64,000 nt of DNA from Candidatus Binatia bacterium. Its GTDB lineage: Bacteria > Desulfobacterota > Binatia > DP-6. A program made the position numbers and the translations under genes. Position 1 is the first letter of the stretch. The number at the start of each line of letters is the position of its first letter. Positions 1-9,407 of this stretch are shown here, one piece after another. The notes under the pieces were generated by a model. That model saw nothing but the letters and a program-made list of their open reading frames with translations. It made no database searches and was not told the DNA's origin. The stretch spans positions 5,424-69,423 of the forward strand of contig JBGQET010000007.1 of the NCBI GenBank assembly GCA_041496545.1, read 5' to 3'.

Positions 1-999
1 AAGCCGGCGAACGTGCCGTGGGCGGTGCTCGAGCGGAATCCGAGCGCCGTCTCGCGCCGGCTCGTCGAGGAGATCCAGGCGACGGGCTACTTCCTCCCGC
101 CGCGGCGCGTGACCGGCTACGCCGACGGCCGCGCCCTACTTCGGAGCCAGCACGCGATCGCGCTTCTCGTCGTGCCCCAGGACTTCCGGCGCGACGTCGA
201 GCGCGGCCGCCCCACCGTGCAGCTCCTCCTCGACGGCAGCGACCCGCTGACGGCCGCGCGCGTCGGCAGCTACATTGGACAGGTGGCCGCGACGCTCGAC
301 CTGCACGGCGGGCCGCCGCCGCCGGGGCCGGGCGACGCGCGCTCGCGTCTGCCGGGAGCCATCGACGTCCGCCAGCGCTTCTGGTTCAACCCGACGCTCG
401 CCGACCGCGTCTTCTTCCTCTCCGCGCTCGCCGGCATGCTGCTCACCAACCTCTGCCTCTCGGTCACCAGCCAGGGCCTGGTGGGCGAGCGCGAGCGCGG
501 CACCTACGAGCAGATGCTGGCGCTGCCGACGACGGTGCTGGAGATCGTCCTCGGCAAGATCAGCCCGTACGTCGTGGTCGCGTACGCGATCCTGATCGGG
601 TCGACGCTTGCGACCGGGATCGTCTTCGGCATCTGGCCGCGCGGGAGCTGGCTCGCGCTCCTCGTCGTCACGCTGCCGTTCGTGCTCGCCTCGCTCGCGA
701 TCGGCGTCTTCGTCTCGGTCCTCGCGCACCGGACGGCGCAGGCGGTGTTCATCACGGTGTTCTTCATCCTGCCGTCGTTCGTGCTGTCGGGCGTGATGTA
801 CCCCTATCAGCTCATGCCCCACGGGGTGCGCGAGGTGGGGGCGCTCTTGCCACTTCGCTGGTACCAGATCGCGCTCCGGCGAATCATCGAGCGCGGCGCG
901 GGATTGGCGGACGTCGTGGTGCCGATGCTGGCGCTGGCGGCGCTCTTCGCGGGGCTGCTCGGGCTGATCCGCTGGCGCATGCGGCCGCGGCTCGGGTGA
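1..999 (+). CDS. ABC-2 family transporter permease, C-terminal part; the 5' end lies outside the window
   Basis: The ORF 13..999 runs off the left edge. It encodes six or more hydrophobic helices with the character of an ABC-2 permease (…FFLSALAGMLLTNL…, …LPSFVLSGVMYP…). Confidence 0.7.
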   Translation, partial: KPANVPWAVLERNPSAVSRRLVEEIQATGYFLPPRRVTGYADGRALLRSQHAIALLVVPQDFRRDVERGRPTVQLLLDGSDPLTAARVGSYIGQVAATLDLHGGPPPPGPGDARSRLPGAIDVRQRFWFNPTLADRVFFLSALAGMLLTNLCLSVTSQGLVGERERGTYEQMLALPTTVLEIVLGKISPYVVVAYAILIGSTLATGIVFGIWPRGSWLALLVVTLPFVLASLAIGVFVSVLAHRTAQAVFITVFFILPSFVLSGVMYPYQLMPHGVREVGALLPLRWYQIALRRIIERGAGLADVVVPMLALAALFAGLLGLIRWRMRPRLG

Positions 1000-1297
1000 A
1001 CGCGCGGACCTGGAGTCGCGGCGTTCGTGGACGGGGCGCGGGGCGGCGGGGGTGGCGTCGCTGCTTCGGTTCGGCGCCGGGTCGACGGGCGTGGGATCGC
1101 GCGTCGGCCCTGCCTTGCAAGGTGGGGGATGAAGGACGATGACGCCGGCCTGCCTCTTGCACCTCTGGCTCGGCGAAGCGGAGGGCCTGGTGACGCACGT
1201 GAGTGTCATCGGCGAGCGCCCGGTGGTGACCGTCTTCGACGACGGGCGGTGGATCGAGCGGCCCGTCGTTCCGGAGGGGTTCCACCCCCGCGCGTAG

Positions 1298-2599
1298 CTA
1301 CGCGGCGCGCAGCGTCGCCAGCACGCCGTCGCGCGGGCGCAGCGTCACGAGCGGCTGCGCGACGACCGGGTGGCCGGGCACGAGGTCGAACCGATAGCGC
1401 TGCGCGATCGTGGCTACCACGAGTTGCGCCTCGAGCAGCGCGAAGTCCTCGCCGATGCAGCGGTGCGGGCCGCCGCCGAAGGGGAAGTACGCGTAGCGAG
1501 GGCGGCTGTTCGTACGCTCGGGCGCGAAGCGGTCGGGGTCGAAGGCCTCGGGGTTCTCCCAGAGCGCCGGGTGGCGGTGCGTGACGTAGGGGCTGAAGCC
1601 GACGAGCGTGCCGGCGGGGATTCGGAAGCCGTCGATCGTGTCCTCGGCGACCGCCTGGCGGCCGTTGCCCCACGCGGGCGGGTAGAGGCGCATGGCCTCC
1701 TCGATCACCTGACGGGTGTACGGCAGCGCCGGGAGGTCCTCGAGCGCCGGCACGCGGCCGGCGAGCACGCGGCGCAGCTCGTCGGCGAGCCGGCCGGCGA
1801 TCTCGGGATGTCGCGACAGCAGGTACCACGTCCACGAGAGCGCCACCGCGGTCGTCTCGTGCCCGGCGAAGAGGAACGTCATGACCTCGTCGCGGAGCTG
1901 GCGGTCGCTCATGGCCTCGCCGGTCTCCTCGTCGCGGGTGGCGAGCAGCATGGAGAGGAGGTCGCCCGTGTCGCGGCCGCTGGCGCGCCGCTCGGCGATG
2001 ATCCCGTAGACGATGCGATCGAGGGCACGGCGCGAGCGCCGGAAGCGGAGCGCGGCCGGCGTGGGCATGGGCACGAACATGGGGAGCGGGAGGATCTGGT
2101 GCATGCGGCGGTTCACGAACTCGAGGCCGATGGTGACGTCGCGGCTGACGCGGTCTGCTTCATCGGAGAGGTCGATGCCGAAGAGCGCGCGGCCCGCGAT
2201 CGCGAGCGTGAGGCGCTTCATCTCGTCGGCGATGTCGAGGGGCGCCCCGGAGGCGGCGTGCGGCGCCCAGCGCGCGAGCAGCGTCTCGGTGGCCTCGGTC
2301 ATCAGGGTCGCCAGCGCGCCGATGCGGGCGCGGTGGAAGGCGGGCTGGGCCAGGCGGCGCTGGCGGCGCCAGAACTCACCCTCGGTGGTGATGAGCCCGT
2401 CGCCGGCGAGGACCTTCACGCGGCCGAAGATGACGCCGCGCACATAGTTGTGGTTGTTGTCCTGGAGAATGTGCTTCACGTGCTCGGGATGCACCACCAG
2501 GGTGAAGCTCCATCGTGGTGTGGGCCCGTAGCGGAAGGTGACGACGTCGCCGTAGCAGCGCGCGGCGTCCATCAGCATGGCGATCGGGTCTCGGCGCAT
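1298..2599 (-). CDS. Cytochrome P450 monooxygenase
   Basis: It has the FPFGGGPHRCIG heme-thiolate loop, an ETTA I-helix motif and ExxR. The start could be the ATG at 2599 or lie upstream, because an in-frame PAPGP hinge-like motif sits before that Met. Confidence 0.85.
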   Translation of the reverse strand: MRRDPIAMLMDAARCYGDVVTFRYGPTPRWSFTLVVHPEHVKHILQDNNHNYVRGVIFGRVKVLAGDGLITTEGEFWRRQRRLAQPAFHRARIGALATLMTEATETLLARWAPHAASGAPLDIADEMKRLTLAIAGRALFGIDLSDEADRVSRDVTIGLEFVNRRMHQILPLPMFVPMPTPAALRFRRSRRALDRIVYGIIAERRASGRDTGDLLSMLLATRDEETGEAMSDRQLRDEVMTFLFAGHETTAVALSWTWYLLSRHPEIAGRLADELRRVLAGRVPALEDLPALPYTRQVIEEAMRLYPPAWGNGRQAVAEDTIDGFRIPAGTLVGFSPYVTHRHPALWENPEAFDPDRFAPERTNSRPRYAYFPFGGGPHRCIGEDFALLEAQLVVATIAQRYRFDLVPGHPVVAQPLVTLRPRDGVLATLRAA

Positions 2600-2716
2600 C
2601 GTGCGCAGGAAGCCCACCGGCGTTCGGTGGCGCGGGCCCGGGGCGGGTTCGGGTTCGCCGCGCCGGAGTTCGACGAGTACCCGTGGGTTTTCGACGCCCC
2701 GCGCCGCTACCAGAGC

Positions 2717-4375
2717 GTGCGGGTCTTCCGGCGGGGTGTGCTGCGCCGCCTCGTCGTCGACTGCACGCTCGCGCCGGCGGGCGGCGGCACCCGCGTCGAG
2801 TACGTGACGCGCGCCGAGCTGATCGGCGGTCCCGTCGGCGCCGTCGCGCGCTGGCAGTTTCGCCGCCGCGTCGGGCGCGGCCTGGTGGCGGTGCGCGCGC
2901 TGCTCGAAGCGCGCGCCGGCGGGAGCGACATCGCGTGGGTCTTCCGTTATCCGCGCGAAGACGAGGTTCGGGCGCGTGCCCGGCCGCTCGTCGACGCGCT
3001 GGTCGGCGCGCACCCCGCCGACGCGCCGCTCTACGCGCGACTCGTCGACACCATCGCCATCGCGCCCGACGCGGACGTCGCGCGCATGCGGCCCTACGAG
3101 TTGGCCGTGCGCTGGGGGCTCGCGCGCCGCGACGTGCTCGCCGCGTGCCTCCGTGCGACGAAGGGCGGGCTGCTCCGTCTCTCGTGGGACATCGTCTGCC
3201 CTTCGTGCGAGCAGCCGCCGGCGACCGCCACACGTCTCGCCGACGTGCCGACCGGCGGCCACTGCCCGATGTGCGACGTCGACTTCGCGGTCAGCTTCGA
3301 GCGCGGCGTCGAGGCGACGTTCGCGCCCTCGCCCGCGCTGCGCGACGCGGAGCGCCTCGTCTTCTGCCACGGCTCGCCGATGCGGACGCCGCACTGGGTG
3401 GCGCAGTTCCCGGTCGAGGGCGGTGCGGTGCGCACGATCGCCACCCAGCTGGGTGCCGGGCGCTACCGCGTGCAAGCCTCGGGCGCCGACGGCCGCGCCC
3501 TCTTCGACGTCGATCCCGACGACGGCGGCGCTCGCCTGGGCGTCACCATCCCGGGGCCCGCGGTGGGGACGCGGCCGGCCGTCGTGCTCGACACGCCCAT
3601 CGTGCGCGCCGGCGCGCTCGAGCTGGTGGTGCGGAACGACGACACCACGCCCCACCGCGTGCAGGTGGTCCACCGCGACTACGAGTCGCAGGCCGCCACG
3701 GCGGCCGACGTGACGGCGCTCGGCGTCTTCCGCGACCTCTTCGCCGAGGACGTGCTCAGCCCCGAGCAGCACGTCGGGGTCGGCCGCACGGTGATCCTCT
3801 TCACCGACCTCGTCGGCTCGACGGCGCTCTACGAGCGGGTCGGCGACGCGGCGGCGTACGGCCTCGTCCGCCGCCACTTCCGTCTCCTCTTCGACGCCGT
3901 GGAGCGTCATCGCGGCGCGGTCGTGAAGACGGTGGGCGACTGCGTGATGGCGTCGTTCGCGCGGCCGCTCGACGGCGCGCGCGCGGGACGGGCGGCGATC
4001 GAGGCGCTCGCGGGCTTGACCGACCGCGATGGGAACGCCCCGGGGTTGGCGCTCAGGGTCGGCGTGCACGTCGGGCCGTGCCTCGCCATCGAGGCCAACC
4101 GCGTCGCCGACTACTTCGGGCGGACGGTGAACCTCGCGGCGCGCGTCGAAGCGCAAGCCGGGCCGAACGAGATGGTGCTCTCGGCGAGCATGCGCGACGA
4201 CCCGGAGGTCGCGGCCTGGCTCGCCGCCGCGCCCGCGGACGGCGTCGCCGTCCGTGCCGACCGCTGCGTGGTGAAAGGGGTCGCGGGAGAGCTGGAGGTC
4301 GTGCGCGTGGGCGTTCCCGTCAGCCCGGCGGCGGGCGGAGGAGCGCGAACTCCGGATTCGCGTACGCGCGCGTGA
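2717..4375 (+). CDS. Class III adenylate/guanylate cyclase with an N-terminal uncharacterised domain
   Basis: The C-terminal cyclase homology domain is clear (ILFTDLVGSTALYE…TVGDCVMASF…RVGVHVGPC…FGRTVNLAARVE). GTG start candidates are at 2717 and 2738. It is divergent from the P450 gene. Confidence 0.8.
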   Translation: MRVFRRGVLRRLVVDCTLAPAGGGTRVEYVTRAELIGGPVGAVARWQFRRRVGRGLVAVRALLEARAGGSDIAWVFRYPREDEVRARARPLVDALVGAHPADAPLYARLVDTIAIAPDADVARMRPYELAVRWGLARRDVLAACLRATKGGLLRLSWDIVCPSCEQPPATATRLADVPTGGHCPMCDVDFAVSFERGVEATFAPSPALRDAERLVFCHGSPMRTPHWVAQFPVEGGAVRTIATQLGAGRYRVQASGADGRALFDVDPDDGGARLGVTIPGPAVGTRPAVVLDTPIVRAGALELVVRNDDTTPHRVQVVHRDYESQAATAADVTALGVFRDLFAEDVLSPEQHVGVGRTVILFTDLVGSTALYERVGDAAAYGLVRRHFRLLFDAVERHRGAVVKTVGDCVMASFARPLDGARAGRAAIEALAGLTDRDGNAPGLALRVGVHVGPCLAIEANRVADYFGRTVNLAARVEAQAGPNEMVLSASMRDDPEVAAWLAAAPADGVAVRADRCVVKGVAGELEVVRVGVPVSPAAGGGARTPDSRTRA

Positions 4376-5698
4376 AGCCGAGACGCTCGAGCGCCGCTGC
4401 ATCCTCGCGGTGCGCGAGCACGACGGGCGCGTGCGGGACGCGGTCCGGGGCGGCGGTCGAGCGCAGGTCCCGGTCGAGATAGAAGAGGCAAGCGGCGCGG
4501 AGGTTCGGGCTGTCGGTGCGGAAGCCTGCGAGCGGGCTCCGGTCGCCGGGGGCGAGCACCTCGAGGGCCGGACCGAGCGCTTTCAAGTGCGTTGCGGCGT
4601 GCGTGTGGACGCGGATGGGGAGCACGAGGAGCGCCAGCCCGAGCGCGGCGAACAAGCGCGTCGCGACCTGGGGCACGCGCGCGCGCCAGCCGTCGGGCAG
4701 GACGCGGTCGAGGCCGAGCGCGGTCAGGATGGCGGCGGGCGGGTAGAACTGGTGCAGGTAGCGCGCGCGGCGGCCCTGCGAGAGGTAGAGGAGTGCCAAG
4801 TACCCGCCCGCCCAGCAGAGCACGTAGAGGAGGTTGCGGTCGCGGGCGCGCGCCGCGCGCACGGCGGCGACGACGCCGACGGCGAGGAACGCGACCCACG
4901 GCCAGTCGTCCTTCACGAGGACGCTCAGGTACGACGCCGTCGGCCCGCGCCAGAGCCGTCCCGCGAGCCGGTCGACGACCTGGGTGTGGAAGTAGGTGTT
5001 CAGGAAGGGCTCCCCCCAGTGCACCACCTCGTAGACGTGCCAGGGCAGGCAGACCGCCGCGCCGAGCGCGACCGAGGCGAGAAAGCGCCAGGAGAGGAGG
5101 AGTCCGAGCCGTCGCTCGACGGCGCACCAGATGAGGAACAGGTAGGGGCCCGTCAGCCCGAAGACGCCCTTCGTCATGACCCCGAGACCCCACGCGACGC
5201 CGGCGAGCGCGAAGCCGCGCCCGCCCGCCGCCGCCCCGCGCACGTAGAGCCAGAGCGAGAGGAGGGTGAAGAACGTCACGCCCGAGTCGAGGCGGAAGGT
5301 GGCCGAGTTCCGCACGAAGCGTGGCGTGGTGGCGAGCACCAGCGCCGCGGTCAGCGCGAGCCGCTCGTCCACGAAGCGCCGCGCGAGCTGGAAGAGCACG
5401 ACGCAGGAGAGGACGCCGAAGAGCGCCGAGAAGAGCTTCGCCGCGAACACCGACGGGCCGAGGACGCGGTAGCTGGCGGCCGCGAGCCAGAACATGAGCG
5501 GGGGCTTGTTCCAGTAGTGCGTGTCGCCCAGCCAGAGGTTGAGCCAGTCCCCCGACCTGACGATGCCCTTCGCAACCGCGGCGTAGAGCACCTCGTCGCG
5601 GAAGAGGTCGCCCTCCCAGAGGCGCGCCATCATCGTGACCGCGGCGGCGAAGAGGACGAGCAGCAGGCCGCGGCGGCCGAGGGCGGGCTCGCTCACGG
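4320..5698 (-). CDS. Glycosyltransferase family 39 (ArnT/PMT-like, dolichyl- or undecaprenyl-phosphate sugar transferase)
   Basis: It is polytopic and shows GT39 features (…GDTHYWNKPPLMFWL…). A GTG start at 5698 overlaps the upstream cytochrome c stop by about 4 nt. Confidence 0.75.
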
Positions 5699-6556
5699 CG
5701 CGGAGAGGCTCGGCGCCCGGTACACCGGCGGGACGCGGAACACGTCGTGCGGATGGTCGCCGATGAAGCCGTCGAAGTCCTGCCCGAGCGTCTGCACGCC
5801 GGGGTCGTCGAGGAAGCGGCGGAGGGTGTCGTCGTCGCGGAAGGCGAACAGCGTGGTGAGGACGGTCTGCGGGCGGCGGCGGTCGACGAAGGTGTCGATG
5901 CCGAGGAGCCCGTTCCAGGTGAGGAAGCGGGGCCGGCCGGTGGCGGCGAACCACTGCTCGAAGTCGGCGAGCCGTCCCTCGCGCACGTCGTAGGTCTGGA
6001 CGAGGAAGCTCTTGGCCTCGCTGGGTGGCGGCGCGGGGAGGGCGGCGAGCGCCGGCGGGGTGGTGTGGACCGCGTGCGGGTTCGCGGGATCCACCTGCGC
6101 GGTGAGGTACGCGACCAGGTCGGCGAGCTGCGCCAGCGTCATGTCCGGGTAGGCGGGCATCACCGAGTGGCCGTCGGGGTCGAGGTAGCCCGGGCCGGCG
6201 ATCAGCACGGCGTCGGGGTTCAGGATCGACTCGACGAAGTACTCGGGCGGGTGATGGCTCCCCATGCCGGAGAGATCGGGCCCCGCACCCGCGGTGGGCG
6301 AGCCCTTCTCGCCCGCGATCGCGTGACACGCGGGGCAGCCGAGGTCGACGAACGCCCGTCGCCCGGCGACCGGGTCGCCCGGCGGCGGCGTCAGGCGCCA
6401 GCCGGGCGGCACGCCGCCGGCGCGGTGGAGCGCGTCCATCGAGATGCGGACGCCGGGTTCGCCGCGGCGGACCGCGCGCCCGCCGCCACCCCGCTCACCG
6501 CACGCGCCCGCGAGCAGCGCCGCGAGCCCGAGGGCGACCACCGACCTCCTGGGCAC
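5693..6556 (-). CDS. Mono-heme cytochrome c lipoprotein
   Basis: It has a lipoprotein signal peptide (LAALLAGACG) and a single CPACH heme-binding motif. Confidence 0.75.
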   Translation of the reverse strand: MPRRSVVALGLAALLAGACGERGGGGRAVRRGEPGVRISMDALHRAGGVPPGWRLTPPPGDPVAGRRAFVDLGCPACHAIAGEKGSPTAGAGPDLSGMGSHHPPEYFVESILNPDAVLIAGPGYLDPDGHSVMPAYPDMTLAQLADLVAYLTAQVDPANPHAVHTTPPALAALPAPPPSEAKSFLVQTYDVREGRLADFEQWFAATGRPRFLTWNGLLGIDTFVDRRRPQTVLTTLFAFRDDDTLRRFLDDPGVQTLGQDFDGFIGDHPHDVFRVPPVYRAPSLSAP

Positions 6557-7856
6557 CGAGGCCCTCTGTCACAAGCGGTCGGGCGTGCGCAAGCGACGAG
6601 GCGTCGCAACTCGAGCCGCTCGCTCCGGGGAGCGCGTCGAAGTAGAAGCCGGTGAGCGCGCACGCCTCGTCGTCCGGTGTCGCGCCGCCGACCGCGTTGG
6701 CGACGACGCACGCACCCGTGAAGCTGCGGCCTGGATAGGCCGGGTCGGCGGACGGGCAGGCGAGCGGATTCTGCACCTCGGTGCACGGCCTGGCCGGGCC
6801 CCCGCCGGGCAGACCGCGCGGCGTTCCGGGCGGCTCTCCCGCGCGCTCCTCGCAGCCGAGGCGCGTCGGGGTCGACACCCCGTTCTCGGTCCAGCACTCG
6901 TAGCGGAGCATCTGCCCGGCGCGCAGCAGCAAGGGCGGCTGGAGCGACCGCGTCCCCGGGTCGGTGTAGTCGACGGCGCCGAAGAAGTGCCGCCGCCCCG
7001 GCTCGAACGGGTTCGCCACCGCGTCGCCGCCGGCGAGGACGTTTCCACCCGCATCGACGACGTCGACGCCGAGGAAGCGTCCCCGCTCGTGCATGCGTCC
7101 GGTGATCGCGAGCACGCACACGTCCCCGGCGGGGCCGCCCCCGACGCCCGGTTCCCACACGTCGCGTACGGGTGGCTGGTCCGGGAGCAACGCGTTCAGC
7201 GCGGCCGTGGAGGCTTCCGTCGAGCGCAGCGCCGACGGCGGGACCAGCAGACCCAGCTCCGCCGACGCGGCCTCGAGCGGCAGCGCGATGCGCGGGGACC
7301 GATTGCGCGGCGCGCGCCGCAGCGTCGCCGACGCCGACCCGACCCGCGGCCGGTCCGCCCCGTTCACCCAGTTGATGTCGAGGAGGAAGCCGATGCCGCC
7401 CGGGCCCTCACCCGGGGCGCGCGGCGTCGGAGCGAGACGGAGCGCGACCCCCGGGGGCAGGGCCCGCCGGGCGCGGACGGCGAAGCCGCTCGCCACGAGT
7501 TGGCGACGATCGCGGTCGGACGGACCCAGAGCGAGGCAGGCGCGGCTCGACACCACTCGCCCCGCGTCGGCCGCGAACTCCGCGAACCGCTCGCCTCGGT
7601 ACAGGTAGACGAGGAAGTGCGCGATGCCGAAGGCGCCGCGTGCCCCCTGGACGCGCAGGTCCCAGCTTTCGAGATCGAAGGGCGTCGTCGCGCGCAGGGG
7701 GACGAAGACGCAGAGCTCCGGCCTGGTCCCCGCCGCGACGCTGACGTGCGGGAAGCGGAGCTTGACGGTGCGCGGCTCGCGCGCCGGCGCCGGGCGGCTG
7801 GCGAGCACGAGCAGCGCGACGAAGAAGCCGGCTCCACGCAGCGGCGTGCGGATCAT
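6495..7856 (-). CDS. Secreted PHM/DBH-like protein, a paralogue of the 52641..53825 protein with the copper ligands lost
   Basis: It has a signal peptide and aligns along its length with the 52641 protein (ELCVF/EVCEAL; LGCEE/LGCEAT; …DDEAC/…DDDMC). The HH, H, HxH and M positions are mostly substituted. Confidence 0.65.
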   Translation of the reverse strand: MIRTPLRGAGFFVALLVLASRPAPAREPRTVKLRFPHVSVAAGTRPELCVFVPLRATTPFDLESWDLRVQGARGAFGIAHFLVYLYRGERFAEFAADAGRVVSSRACLALGPSDRDRRQLVASGFAVRARRALPPGVALRLAPTPRAPGEGPGGIGFLLDINWVNGADRPRVGSASATLRRAPRNRSPRIALPLEAASAELGLLVPPSALRSTEASTAALNALLPDQPPVRDVWEPGVGGGPAGDVCVLAITGRMHERGRFLGVDVVDAGGNVLAGGDAVANPFEPGRRHFFGAVDYTDPGTRSLQPPLLLRAGQMLRYECWTENGVSTPTRLGCEERAGEPPGTPRGLPGGGPARPCTEVQNPLACPSADPAYPGRSFTGACVVANAVGGATPDDEACALTGFYFDALPGASGSSCDASSLAHARPLVTEGLGAQEVGGRPRARGAARGRVR

Positions 7857-7875
7857 CGGCCCCAGCGAGCAGCGA

Positions 7876-8925
7876 TCACGGGAAGGCGAGGCGCTTGCCG
7901 TGAGCCTTCACGCGAAAGTTGTCCGTCGAGCGCCCGAGCAGGCCGCCCGCGGCGTAGCTCGTCTGCACCGCGACGGGCGTGCCGGCGGGCGCGGGCAGCA
8001 CCGGGGCACGGAGCTTCACGGCGAGGAGGTAGTTGTCGATCTGGAAGCGACGGCGCACGAACCGCACGCCCATCGACAGGAGCCGATCGTCGCTGCTCGC
8101 CACGAACAGACGGCGGCCGCGCTGGCGGAGCCCGCCCAGCACCGCGCCGGCGCCGATCGTGACCCCGCCGGTGCTGGCGCGGAAGATCGCCGGCTTGCCG
8201 GGAAAGTCGAGGACTTCGTCGGGGTTCGGCGCGAAGAGCACCCTCATGGTCAAGGTTTTCGAGGTCACGCCCGCCGACACGACGACGGAGTCGGTGCTGC
8301 GACGGAACTGGTCCTTGTCGGGGACGGGTGTGGCCTGGCAGCTCGCGCGCACCACCAGCACGCCGCCGAGCGGCGACGGGAGCCCGCTCTGCTGGACGAC
8401 GCCGACGAGCGTGTAGCGGCCGTTGGCGTCCCGCGGCGAGCCCTCGAGGACGAGACCCGGCACCGCCGTGAGCCCCGTGGTGAGCGTCATCGGTAGGGTG
8501 AGCGCCGCGCCGCCGACCGTGAAGCCGAGCGGGAGGTCGGGGACGATGAACTCGCCGGTGCTGCCGCTGCGCGCGCCGGTGCTGCGCAAGAGCGCCACGA
8601 AGAAGCTCGGCAGCTCGAGCATGCTCGCGGTCCCGCCGGCGACGAACGGGCGCGCCGCGTCGGACTGCAGCGTGAACTGCGCGGTCTGATCCTGCATGTC
8701 GTAGGTGGTGTGCACGCCGTCGGGCGCGTTGGAGGGCGGGGCGGTCGCCGCGACGCCGCTGGCCGGGGCGTCGACCTCGAGGGGGTCGAAGGCGCACGTG
8801 CTGGGGAGCACGGGGACGTTGTGCGCCCCGGCCGCGCGTGCCGAGAGGAGCGCGGCCAGGACGAGGATCGAGCGCCGGAGCGCCATGATGGAGGTGAAGC
8901 TAGAAGCGCGCCGCGTACGACGCAA
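7876..8925 (-). CDS. Secreted hypothetical protein
   Basis: A signal peptide (MALRRSILVLAALLSARAAGA) is present from the alternative start at 8886. The gene sits first in the minus-strand operon 8925 to 4320. Confidence 0.6.
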   Translation of the reverse strand: MRRTRRASSFTSIMALRRSILVLAALLSARAAGAHNVPVLPSTCAFDPLEVDAPASGVAATAPPSNAPDGVHTTYDMQDQTAQFTLQSDAARPFVAGGTASMLELPSFFVALLRSTGARSGSTGEFIVPDLPLGFTVGGAALTLPMTLTTGLTAVPGLVLEGSPRDANGRYTLVGVVQQSGLPSPLGGVLVVRASCQATPVPDKDQFRRSTDSVVVSAGVTSKTLTMRVLFAPNPDEVLDFPGKPAIFRASTGGVTIGAGAVLGGLRQRGRRLFVASSDDRLLSMGVRFVRRRFQIDNYLLAVKLRAPVLPAPAGTPVAVQTSYAAGGLLGRSTDNFRVKAHGKRLAFP

Positions 8926-8981
8926 GCCCTCATGGGCGCGGCTTGAGAGCGCGCCGCCTTCGGGCTATTGACGGGCCGTCC

Positions 8982-9359
8982 ATGCGTTCCGCCGTGCTGC
9001 GCCGTCTCGGCGCCTCGCTGCTCGCCGTCGCCGTGCTGGCGGCGGGGCTCGCTGGCGAGACCCGGACGTGCCGGCAGTGCGCGCCGAGCTGCCCCATGCA
9101 CGCCAAGAAGCCCGGCTGTCACCACGGCGCGCGACCGTCGTGCCACCGCGAGGGCGGGCCGATGGGATTCCGCGCGGCGTGCGGGCACCGCGCCGATCCC
9201 GCGCTCCAGGCCGTCGCCATGCGGGCGCTCTTCTGCTCTCCCGCTGCCTCGGGTCGCGCCGTCGTCGCGCGACGCGTCGCTGTGCCCGAGCGCGAGCCGG
9301 ATCTCGGCGTCGCCCCCGAGCCGCCCACCGAGCCGCCGCGCGCCCCCGCCGTCGGTTGA
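8982..9359 (+). CDS. Small Cys/His/Met-rich exported protein, putative metal-binding
   Basis: A signal-like N-terminus is followed by CRQCAPSCPMH…GCHHG…SCH…ACGH. It lies directly upstream of the copCD cluster. Confidence 0.4.
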   Translation: MRSAVLRRLGASLLAVAVLAAGLAGETRTCRQCAPSCPMHAKKPGCHHGARPSCHREGGPMGFRAACGHRADPALQAVAMRALFCSPAASGRAVVARRVAVPEREPDLGVAPEPPTEPPRAPAVG

Positions 9360-9407
9360 GCCGACCGACTCCCGGATTGCCGCGCGCGCGCGGCGGAAGG
9401 GGCGCTC

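Noticed and set aside
1298-4402. A 1034-aa minus-strand ORF that extends the P450
   Set aside because: Only the C-terminal ~440 aa are P450. The upstream ~600 aa are antisense to the adenylate cyclase gene and have RG-rich low-complexity composition.
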